From Opitutales bacterium (lineage in GTDB: Bacteria > Verrucomicrobiota > Verrucomicrobiia > Opitutales > PNEW01), in assembly GCA_965219535.1 (NCBI GenBank), contig CBDCNV010000002.1:2280242-2312241 (forward strand): DNA of 32,000 nt. The letters run 5' to 3'. The position numbers and the translations under genes are program-made. The stretch's first letter is position 1, and the number at the start of each line of letters is the position of its first letter. Under the pieces are notes generated by a model that had not been told where the DNA came from, did not search any database, and saw nothing but the letters and a program-made list of their open reading frames with translations. Of this stretch, positions 15,744 through 23,952 are shown piece by piece.

Positions 15744-16919
15744 ATGAGCACGGATCAGCCACCGACTAAGTCTTACCGTGCCACGTCCTTTGCCGATGCA
15801 CTGCCCGAGCTGGCGGCGAAAGGAGCCACGCCGGAGCGGCTGGCTCACCTGGAGGAACATGGCTTCGTTATCATCAATGATTTTGTCGATAACCCGTGGA
15901 TCCCGATTCTCCGCGAAGCAGGGCGTCGCGTAACGGTGGCGTGCCAGCCGGAACAAGAGTACAGTAAGATCAACTGCTCAAAAGGTTATGTTCACCGGAC
16001 TGAAAATTGGGAGCCTTGGGCGATCCGTGGCATCATTCATCCCGCTTTCGGGGAGCCATGCTTTGCTGAGTTCCAGGGTTCTGAAGATTTTCTGGGCTTC
16101 GTCCATTCCTGGTGTCAAGGGCTCAGTCCTGAAGATATGGTGCTAGGTGACATGCTGCTCTGGTGCAATCCGCGGCAGCACGAAAACGGACCGAGTTGGC
16201 ACCGGGACGCTACGTGGTGGGGCGACGGGAAGCCCTACTTTTCGCAGGAGGCAGAGGGGATATATACCCCTGAGGATTACGCCGAGGAGATCGAAAAAAT
16301 TCGCTGGGAAGAAATCCGCGCCAACCATAAAAAATTAATCGCGGAGCGCGACAACGTGTCCATATTCCTTGCACTGGCCGACGACGAGTGCCACGAGCTC
16401 ATACCGGGCAGCCACAATCGCTGGCGCACCCCATTTGAGCACGACGTGCTTCTGCCGAAAACGATGAAGGATCAGGGGGTGCCGCACACGCCGAGCTGGG
16501 ATGGCATCTCACCGCTGCCCAATCAGGTGGCGATCCGGCTCAAGGCTGGAGAAGCGTTCATTCGCATAGGGTCGACGATCCACACTGGGCACACCGTGCC
16601 CGATCGTGAGCGAAACAGCTTGTTAGTCAGCTGGAGCAAGTGGTCGGGTCCACCCAGTGATGAGCCACCCGTGGCCGATGCACGCAAAGCCTGGCAGCTG
16701 GATCCGACGGTGCGGGAAGCGCTGCCCTACGCTTGGATGCGGACCACATGGGACCGCTGGGTGGAGACCTTTCAGCTGGGGAATACGCTCGAAGACCGTT
16801 ATGCGGAGTTTGATATCGAGCGCATCAAAGCCGGTGAGGTAGTGGGCTGGTGCAGTGAGCTCGAGCGACAAGCCGCCGCAGCCGGCGAAACTTGGAAACC
16901 GTTCCAAAACGTGAAATAA
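15744..16919 (+). CDS. PhyH-like Fe(II)/2-oxoglutarate oxygenase with a C-terminal extension
   Basis: LEEHGFVIINDFVD N-terminus, H-x-D in SWHRDATWW, IPGSHNRW, and a distal His in STIHTGHT. 391 aa. GC-rich: 38 of 60 counted at 16441-16500. Confidence 0.6.
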   Translation: MSTDQPPTKSYRATSFADALPELAAKGATPERLAHLEEHGFVIINDFVDNPWIPILREAGRRVTVACQPEQEYSKINCSKGYVHRTENWEPWAIRGIIHPAFGEPCFAEFQGSEDFLGFVHSWCQGLSPEDMVLGDMLLWCNPRQHENGPSWHRDATWWGDGKPYFSQEAEGIYTPEDYAEEIEKIRWEEIRANHKKLIAERDNVSIFLALADDECHELIPGSHNRWRTPFEHDVLLPKTMKDQGVPHTPSWDGISPLPNQVAIRLKAGEAFIRIGSTIHTGHTVPDRERNSLLVSWSKWSGPPSDEPPVADARKAWQLDPTVREALPYAWMRTTWDRWVETFQLGNTLEDRYAEFDIERIKAGEVVGWCSELERQAAAAGETWKPFQNVK

Positions 16920-16945
16920 CACGACGAAAACTAGAAAGATCCACA

Positions 16946-18115
16946 ATGTATGAGATTGGAACAAAGGAACTGGACGCCGTAGAACGCGTTCTGACAAAAG
17001 GTAAATTCTTTCGCTACGGCGGTACGGAAACAGTTGAGTTCGAAAAAGAATGGGCGGAACTGATCGGCGTGAAGTCGGCAGTTGCGGTCACATCGGGTAC
17101 AGCTGCGCTCATAACCAGTTTGAAAGCGATGGGAATCGGCCCGGGTGACTCTGTCCTCGTTCCGGGATATACGTTCATTGCGACCGCCCTCGCAGTGACA
17201 GCTGTTGGAGCAATTCCCATATATACGGAAGTAGATGAAACTCTCACGATCTGCCCCGTCGATATGGAGCACAAGATAGAGAAGCACACAGCTTGCGTTA
17301 TACCGGTGCACATGCAGGGCATGCCTTGCAACATGCGGGCAATACGACAGATCGTAAAAGCAAAAAACGTCCTTATTCTCGAAGATTGTTGTCAAGCCCT
17401 TGGCGGCAGTTACGGAAAGAAACGGCTTGGGGCAATTGGCGACATGGGCGCCTACAGCTTTAATCAGTATAAAATTGTCACCGGTGGCGAGGGTGGGGTA
17501 TGCGTGACATCGAAAAAGATATATGGAGAACGGGCATACATGGCGCACGACGGGAGCTGCAGCGTCTGGCCGGAAACCGGCAAAATGAGCGAAGCCTTTT
17601 TCTGCGGCGGTAACTTCAGATTTAATGAAATCAACGCCGCGATTACCAGAGAGCAGATTAAACGGCTCGACCGAATACTGGTCGCTCTTCGTAAAGCACG
17701 GTCTACATTCTTGACAGAAATTAATTTGCCGGACGGATTCAAATTCGTAAAAAGCAATGATGAAAATGGCAACTGCGGTGTGTGTTTTCTAATCCAGGCT
17801 GAGAATATCGACGACGCTAAACGACTTGAAGTAATAATGAGCAAGCATCTCACAGTGCACCGTCCGATCAACTCGGGTCGACATGTGTATTCAGCCTGGG
17901 GCGTGATTAATGGTAAGGTTGGGGGACACAGTCCGGCCTGGGACTGTTTTCGCCATCCCAAGAACAGGAAGATCAAGACCAACTACCGGCGTCCGTTAAG
18001 GCAGACAGACGACTACCTGAAACGCACGGTTCTATGTAATACTCCTTATGGTTGGAACAAACGGAATACTGGAAAGGCAATCGAAACAATTAACAGGCAA
18101 ATAGCAAAGCTGTAA
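16946..18115 (+). CDS. DegT/DnrJ/EryC1/StrS family PLP-dependent aminotransferase
   Basis: AVAVTSGTAAL, the VLILEDCCQALGG context, and the PLP lysine in SFNQYKIVTGGEGG. The ATG at 16946 is preferred to the upstream in-frame start that overlaps the previous gene. Confidence 0.85.
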   Translation: MYEIGTKELDAVERVLTKGKFFRYGGTETVEFEKEWAELIGVKSAVAVTSGTAALITSLKAMGIGPGDSVLVPGYTFIATALAVTAVGAIPIYTEVDETLTICPVDMEHKIEKHTACVIPVHMQGMPCNMRAIRQIVKAKNVLILEDCCQALGGSYGKKRLGAIGDMGAYSFNQYKIVTGGEGGVCVTSKKIYGERAYMAHDGSCSVWPETGKMSEAFFCGGNFRFNEINAAITREQIKRLDRILVALRKARSTFLTEINLPDGFKFVKSNDENGNCGVCFLIQAENIDDAKRLEVIMSKHLTVHRPINSGRHVYSAWGVINGKVGGHSPAWDCFRHPKNRKIKTNYRRPLRQTDDYLKRTVLCNTPYGWNKRNTGKAIETINRQIAKL

Positions 18116-18135
18116 CTGATATATAGACACAAGTC

Positions 18136-19011
18136 ATGAGTGGAACCATAATTTGCGGATACGATGTCGAGACCGCGTCAGACAACACGATCGGATTTCT
18201 CGAGGGCGCAGAGGAACTTCACGATAGATTGGGAGTGCCGTGGACGATCTACCTCACGGGGACAACCCTTGAAAAGCATAGTGAGATGATTAGCCGGATG
18301 GTTGACAATCCTCTGTTGACTATTGGTCAACACACCTATAGCCACATGCTTCTCAAATCTATCTACATGACGCCCGGTGATGGCAAACCGGTGCACAATT
18401 CCTATCCGAACTTCTTCAAAAAGGGAGGATCACTGCCGGAGATACGTGAGGAAATTGAAAAGACCCAGGTACTTATGCACAACCTGTTGGGCGTCGAGTG
18501 CCACGGAATGACCGCACCTTGGTGTTACTACAGAGGGCTGGCCGACCGACCGGATCTTCTGGAGATCCTGAGCGACAACGGCATCCAATGGATTCGTTCA
18601 AACGCGCGTGACTCTCGCGACTGTCAGCCAACGCCTTTCACCGAGCAGCCCTATTTCTACGCGGATCAAGGATTTCCAGATATTTTGGAACTCGGTGTGC
18701 AGGGATATCAGGATGATTTCTACTGGGACCGGTTCGACGACCGTCGTTACGGAGACAGTTATAGGGACTATCTATTTGCGATGCTTCAAGAGGTGTCGGA
18801 AAAGAATTGGGTCTGGAATATATGCAGTCACGACCACGACACCTCAAGCAAGGAGGTATTCCACGAAACTAAAGGAAAGTGGATTCGAGAATTGTTGGAA
18901 CGTGCAGCGGATCTTGGGATCAGGTTTCTTTCTCCTGACGAACTCTACGAGGAAATGAAAAGCGCTAACCACGCCGTGCATGCGACGTCAATTGGAGCGT
19001 CTGATGACTGA
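18136..19011 (+). CDS. Polysaccharide deacetylase (CE4/NodB-like) family protein
   Basis: GYDVETASD (Asp motif), IGQHTYSHM (H-x-x-x-H metal motif), and a start 21 nt after the aminotransferase stop. Weaker motif match than the other calls. Confidence 0.55.
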   Translation: MSGTIICGYDVETASDNTIGFLEGAEELHDRLGVPWTIYLTGTTLEKHSEMISRMVDNPLLTIGQHTYSHMLLKSIYMTPGDGKPVHNSYPNFFKKGGSLPEIREEIEKTQVLMHNLLGVECHGMTAPWCYYRGLADRPDLLEILSDNGIQWIRSNARDSRDCQPTPFTEQPYFYADQGFPDILELGVQGYQDDFYWDRFDDRRYGDSYRDYLFAMLQEVSEKNWVWNICSHDHDTSSKEVFHETKGKWIRELLERAADLGIRFLSPDELYEEMKSANHAVHATSIGASDD

Positions 19012-19081
19012 CGCTCGATGATAAAGATGGAGAACACTTCGATGCCAATACTTTCGGATGGCTGTCGCCGATGTTCTCATT

Positions 19082-20251
19082 TCAAATACGCCAGCGATAA
19101 CCCATCAGCGACACGATCATAATGAGACCGAGACAAGCGATCGCGAGAGCGATGGTCATATCGTGCCAGGATGTAGCGGTGGCCATCAGTCCGATCAGGA
19201 GGTAGTAGAGAATCCCGACGATTTCGCGCGCAGTGTTGACGACTGATGTGACTGTAGCGCGCGCGTGACTTTCTATCGCGTGCTGAAGCCGAGTTTCGAG
19301 AATGATTTCCACTACAGCGAATGAAATGACGAACATCGAGAGCATCACCACCATTGCTATGTCTCCACCGATTGGCATGAGTATCAGGCATACTGCGCCC
19401 GCGAGGTAGAGGAAATTCATGTGACGCAACTGAAACTCGGGGAGCCTTCCCGCCATCCACATACCGGCGGCGCGGCAGCCTTGGTAGCCCGCGGTTACAA
19501 TGCCTATCATCACAAGGGAGAATTCTCTCTCACGCAGAAACGGCCCCACGTATTCCTCGAAGACGCTATAGAAAGTGCCGACTCCGGCGAAGAGCACGAT
19601 GATGTAGAGAATGAGGCGTCGCCCAATGGCATGTTTCCAGCCGCTCTGCAGTGTTCGGATATAGGATTCACGACGTGCAGTTTCGTGTACTTCCAAGTTT
19701 GGCAGCAGCTGCCACGCCAGAAGTGCAGCCACGAGAGGACTTGCAATCGAGAGCATGAGTGCCGCGCTGTAACCCAGCCATTGACTGATTACGCCGCCGA
19801 GCAGTAGTGCCAATGCGACTCCAGTCTCGCCGATCGCGGAACCCCGGCTGTATATGCGGGTGAAACGCATCTGTTCGTCATTTTTGGAGAGTCCATCGTA
19901 GAGCAGGGCTTGGATGGTCCCGGACATTATCGTGTCGCCCACCCCCCAGCAGATGAAACCTACCATGAAGCCGAAAAAATTTGGTATCGTGAGCCAGATG
20001 GAAAAAGAGATAGATTTTAGCACACAGGAGACGAGAACCAGTTGCTTACGCGGCATTCGGTCGCCCAGGACTCCCAGCGGCACCTCCAGAACGACGACGG
20101 ATCCCGACCAGATGATAAACAGCAGTGAGAGCTCGATGGGTGTAATGCCGCCCTCGGCCATCATCACCGCGTAGACCGGATAGATCGGTATCAGATCAAA
20201 GAAGAACTGAAGGCTGTACCAACCACGCTCGAGCTTTTTGGTCGAAGACAT
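19082..20251 (-). CDS. MFS transporter
   Basis: 389 aa with about 11-12 hydrophobic spans. The loop 2-3 signature is present in GVLGDRMPRKQ. Confidence 0.8.
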   Translation of the reverse strand: MSSTKKLERGWYSLQFFFDLIPIYPVYAVMMAEGGITPIELSLLFIIWSGSVVVLEVPLGVLGDRMPRKQLVLVSCVLKSISFSIWLTIPNFFGFMVGFICWGVGDTIMSGTIQALLYDGLSKNDEQMRFTRIYSRGSAIGETGVALALLLGGVISQWLGYSAALMLSIASPLVAALLAWQLLPNLEVHETARRESYIRTLQSGWKHAIGRRLILYIIVLFAGVGTFYSVFEEYVGPFLREREFSLVMIGIVTAGYQGCRAAGMWMAGRLPEFQLRHMNFLYLAGAVCLILMPIGGDIAMVVMLSMFVISFAVVEIILETRLQHAIESHARATVTSVVNTAREIVGILYYLLIGLMATATSWHDMTIALAIACLGLIMIVSLMGYRWRI

Positions 20252-20337
20252 TCAATTAAAGGTAACTAAAAGGGGTAGGTTGTGTATCTATAAATTGTCA
20301 GGAATCTAAAATGAAATAGACAGTTGAATGAACAAAA

Positions 20338-20358
20338 AATACTAATTTCATTAGTATT
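20338..20358. promoter_or_regulatory. Perfect 9-3-9 palindrome (candidate operator) in the MFS/gntK divergent intergenic region
   Basis: AATACTAAT-TTC-ATTAGTATT. It is nearly concentric with the outer inverted boxes at 20274-20295 and 20391-20413. Confidence 0.4.
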
Positions 20359-20513
20359 CAAATATTTATTGAAACGTAATCTAAGTTGAGATCTATAAAT
20401 ACACAGCCTGACCACATTTGACTACAACTGTGGGACTCGATACTGAAATTTAAGATTTAATATGATAGGAATAGCAGTATGAATTCTCCTTCATTAATTA
20501 TATTTAATTATTC

Positions 20514-21017
20514 ATGTCAGAAGTGCTAAAAGTTGTCATTTTAATGGGGGTCAGTGGTTGCGGTAAATCTGAAGTAGGAAAAATTCTAGCAGAAATGATT
20601 GGAGGATCATTTATTGAAGGGGACGAATTTCATCCTCCTGCCAATATACAAAAAATGAGTCAGAGTATTCCTCTCGATGATACCGATAGAAAAGTTTGGC
20701 TTGAGACATTGAGAAAACTCGTCGACAAACAGCTGGAACTGCCGGGATATAGCGTGTTAGCCTGTTCAGCCTTAAAAGCTGACTACCGCAGTTTATTAGG
20801 CTGCAACGACCCGAGAGTAAAATTGGTCTATCTTAAAGGATTACAGCCGTTAATAAAAAAACGTCTGGTAGAAAGAAAAGGGCATTATATGAAACAATCG
20901 TTATTAGACAGCCAGTTTGATACTCTTGAGGAACCCTCAGATGCACTGGTGGTCGATATTTCAACAACACCTGAAAGTATTGCTTCAATAATAGAGGGAG
21001 AGTTAAAGAAAATTTAA
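20514..21017 (+). CDS. gntK: Gluconokinase
   Basis: LMGVSGCGKS P-loop, GDEFHPPANIQKM, PLDDTDRKVWL, ACSALKADYR and LKGLQPLIKKRLVERKGHYM are collinear with E. coli GntK as remembered. Confidence 0.9.
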   Translation: MSEVLKVVILMGVSGCGKSEVGKILAEMIGGSFIEGDEFHPPANIQKMSQSIPLDDTDRKVWLETLRKLVDKQLELPGYSVLACSALKADYRSLLGCNDPRVKLVYLKGLQPLIKKRLVERKGHYMKQSLLDSQFDTLEEPSDALVVDISTTPESIASIIEGELKKI

Positions 21018-21063
21018 ATCCTTTTGACTTTTGGACTTATTGATCTTTTGACTCATCCATAAT

Positions 21064-21986
21064 ATGGAAAATAAATTTCGCGGTGTATACGTTATTCTGG
21101 TCACACCTTTTTATGAAGATGGCAGTATTGATGAAGAGTCTCTTCGTTCGGTTATTGATTTCAGTATTGATGCGGGTGCGCACGGGGTGGTAGTTCCCGC
21201 GAATGTCAGTGAATTTTTCGCGCTCTCTGATGAAGAGCGTTTACTTGTGAGTCGTATTGTTTGTGAACAAGCGAATGGACGAATCCCGGTTGTCCTCGCC
21301 GCTAACGGAGTGTCTGCACACGCAGCCGCAGAGTTGACGAAGGCTATGAACGGCCTGGGCGCCGATGGGATTATGGCGATGGCACCACCAATCAAGCCCC
21401 TGCAGAGCGAGGGGATATATCGCTATTTTGAAGCCATTGGTGCAGCAACCGAAGTTCCCGTTATTGTTCAAAATTCCATTTTCGTCGGCTCACCGATGAG
21501 CCCGGAATTTATGGCGCGTCTCATCGATGAGATTGAACATATTCATTATATCAAGGAGGAATCTCTTTCCTGCACGCATGTGGAATCAAAACTTTTCGAG
21601 CTTGTTCAGCATAAAGAAAAACTGCACGGGATATTCGGTGGGTTAGCCGGCCGGCACATGATGAACGAGATGGCGAGGGGGTGTGCGGGACGATGCCGGC
21701 TTGCGATATTCCGGACGTGCATGCAGCGATCTGGAACACTTATGAGCGTGGTGATGCTGAAGAGGCAAGGCGTTTATTCGATCGCTTGCTTCCTCTCCTG
21801 AATATGCAATCTCTCTACCCGTTGCAGCTTTATAAGGAAGTACTCAGACGTCGCGGTGTTATTCGAAGCGCGAGAATCCGAAATCATTTTCAATCAGCCA
21901 TGGACGCAATTGATCATCAAGAGATTGATGTTATTCTCTCCGCTATTGAAGACTTGATGACAGTGACGGGTAAGTTTAAAAACTAG
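21064..21986 (+). pseudogene. DapA/dihydrodipicolinate-synthase-family aldolase (2-keto-3-deoxy-sugar-acid aldolase-like) with a 1-nt frameshift
   Basis: Frame 1 encodes ...IHYIKEES (Schiff-base Lys context)...GGLAGRHMMNEMARGCAG. The family continuation TMPACDIPDVHAAIWNTYERGDAEEARRLFDRLLPLLN is in the frame of ORF 21681-21986. The frames join at 21688-21692 (GCG GGA|CG ATG CCG), consistent with one missing base. Confidence 0.8.
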
Positions 21987-22122
21987 GATTCAGTTCGACA
22001 GGTGAGATACCATTTCAAGCTTTCGTTGCCCGGTTGTGATCGCAGTTTGGGTGTGGGAATGACGAATTTTCCGGCGTGGGTATTCTTCCTCTTAGGGCGG
22101 AAGAGAAATCCACCTGAATTAT

Positions 22123-23343
22123 TTATAATGACGGTTTCGTTATGAATGTTTGTAAGGAATTTTCATCGATATCTATTCCTAAACCAGGTTTGTCAGTAGC
22201 TGGAAATGCTCCATTTTCAGGTTCGAAAGGGTGGGCTAAATATTGAGACTTCATTTTACTGCCCTGCTCGGAGTGTTCCATGATAAGAAAGTTTGGAGTC
22301 GCAATTGAAAATTGTACTGTAGCAGCTACTGATAATATTCCTCCACCTCCAACATGAGGAGCAACAGGAATATTATAGAGGTCGGCAATTGCACCGATTT
22401 GTTTAGCTCCCGTTAATCCTGTACGCGCAATGTCAGGCATAGAGATATCATAGGCTCTTTTCTCAAATATTTCACGCATTTCATATTTCGTTCTCGTCCA
22501 TTCTCCATTCGCGATAGGAATATCTAAAGCCTGGCAAATTTTTACTTGTCCCGGTATGTCATTGGGATCTGACGGGGCTTCCAACCAATATACATTTAGT
22601 TTTTCAAGTTGCCTACCCAACCTGATTGCCTGGTGGGTGTTAAACATCATATGTACATCAAGCATCAAATCGATATCATTCCCGACTGCTTTTCTTACCT
22701 GGGAAACAATTTCTACTGTATCTTCCAGGTTTTCCCTTAGATGGAGTTTTAAAGCTTTGTAACCCTTGGCTATTGAAGAGTGTGCCATCTCTGCAACCTT
22801 GTTTGGGTCTCTCCCCCCGATTCCGTTGTAGAGTTTGATCGAATCGCGGTGTCTGCCACCCATTAATTTATGGGTTGGCATTTTGAGAGTTTTTCCAATT
22901 GCGTCCCAAATGGCTATATCTACACCTGAGATGGCATCGATATAGAATCCCGTGTAATGGCCCCGCTCTTTCATCGCGGTAAAATTATTATTCCAGATTG
23001 CTTCTACATCAAAGATGTCGGCATTGATAGTCAGTGGATAAACCAGATCCTTTATTATTGTCGCGGTTGTATTTGGAGATACAGGTGATTGAGATTCTCC
23101 CCAACCAATAATTCCGTCTGAAGTTTCGACCTTTACGACCGTGGTCTGGTGAAATTTAGAATAGATAGAAGTATGATTAGTTTCGTCTATGAAATGATCA
23201 CCTAAATCTTTAATTGGAGGACGCTCTGATTCACCTCCGAAGCTTTGATCAGATTCTTGCTTTACTTTTATATCGGAAGAAGGTGGTTCGCTCAGATCAT
23301 TTTTCAATCTGATAGGGTAAGCTTTGATATCTACAATTTTCAT
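22123..23343 (-). CDS. Enolase-superfamily (mandelate racemase/muconate lactonizing enzyme family) acid-sugar dehydratase
   Basis: DGIIGWGES, ALKLHL, DLMLDVH, YWLEAP, IANGEW and APHVGGGG fit the MR-subgroup metal and base ligands. AT-rich gene. Confidence 0.85.
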   Translation of the reverse strand: MKIVDIKAYPIRLKNDLSEPPSSDIKVKQESDQSFGGESERPPIKDLGDHFIDETNHTSIYSKFHQTTVVKVETSDGIIGWGESQSPVSPNTTATIIKDLVYPLTINADIFDVEAIWNNNFTAMKERGHYTGFYIDAISGVDIAIWDAIGKTLKMPTHKLMGGRHRDSIKLYNGIGGRDPNKVAEMAHSSIAKGYKALKLHLRENLEDTVEIVSQVRKAVGNDIDLMLDVHMMFNTHQAIRLGRQLEKLNVYWLEAPSDPNDIPGQVKICQALDIPIANGEWTRTKYEMREIFEKRAYDISMPDIARTGLTGAKQIGAIADLYNIPVAPHVGGGGILSVAATVQFSIATPNFLIMEHSEQGSKMKSQYLAHPFEPENGAFPATDKPGLGIDIDENSLQTFITKPSL

Positions 23344-23461
23344 GATGCAAGTATAATTAAAATGTCTTTGTTGTGCTCAGTTTTCGGCGGGGTAGGGGAT
23401 TGTCGAATGTCGAGTGGCCCTCGGTGATTTCAGATTAACAAGAATGATATATTGTTTAAAA

Positions 23462-23552
23462 ACCCCTTTTGTGCTTTTGTAAGATGTTAGGCGCAGCCTT
23501 CGGTAGTTGCTATCTCAATCGCAAATCGCCAATCGAAAATCCACAATTGAGA
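23462..23552 (-). repeat. Degenerate reverse-oriented copy H of the cassette right arm plus tail
   Basis: The reverse complement reads GGATTTTCGATTGGCGATTTGCGATTGAGATAGCAACTACCGAAGGCTGCGCCTAACATCTTAC...CAAAAGGGGTT. Compare GTGGAGGCAGCGCCTAACGG and the AAAGGGGTCA box of the forward copies. Confidence 0.4.
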
Positions 23553-23577
23553 TGGCGGAGAGAGGGGGATTCGAACC
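23553..23577 (-). other. tRNA-Ser-like 3' fragment (T-loop, 3' acceptor strand, CCA); not a complete tRNA
   Basis: The reverse complement is GGTTCGAATCCCCCTCTCTCCGCCA. The expected T-stem 5' strand (GGGGG) is ATAGG. No D-arm, anticodon arm or GGAGAGA acceptor 5' strand follows. Confidence 0.6.
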
Positions 23578-23952
23578 TATTTGAATCGTTCATCTGCATG
23601 CATCTATTTTCAACTTGTTTCTCTAGTCATTATTTATCAGCATTTTATGAAATTTTAAAAATGCTATTAAATGCAGGTAAAGGCAGCAAAATGAATTATA
23701 ATTAGCAAATTTTTAGAAAATCTTAACTTTATATTCAGCGTTAGTTTTAGTTACCGTTACTAACACTGCTGTGTTCAGGTCTAGTAAATGGAAGTAGGTT
23801 ATATCTCGATAATTTTCCTTTGTAAATTGTAATCTTTTTGATTGGTCGATTGCTTACTCGTTTAATAGTTGTTAGTCTAAAAGTCACCGGTTTGATTATC
23901 TTGTATCTAAATTAATAAATTCAGCATCCCGATTGGCGTGACCGCCGGGGAC

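Noticed and set aside
16931-17982. Long antisense ORFs inside the aminotransferase gene (16931-17548 and 17464-17982, minus strand). There are similar ones at 5577-6191 minus and 19421-19807 plus.
   Set aside because: They lie opposite genes with clear family motifs, have Arg/Ser/Cys-rich low-complexity translations and have no recognisable domains. They are typical shadow ORFs.
21681-21986. A separate 101-aa gene.
   Set aside because: Its sequence is the normal C-terminal third of DapA-family aldolases and continues the upstream ORF after a 1-nt shift. It is treated as part of one frameshifted gene.
23553-23640. A complete tRNA-Ser gene on the minus strand.
   Set aside because: Only the last 25 nt fit a tRNA. 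The T-stem 5' strand, variable arm, anticodon arm, D-arm and the GGAGAGA acceptor 5' strand cannot be found in the following 90 nt.
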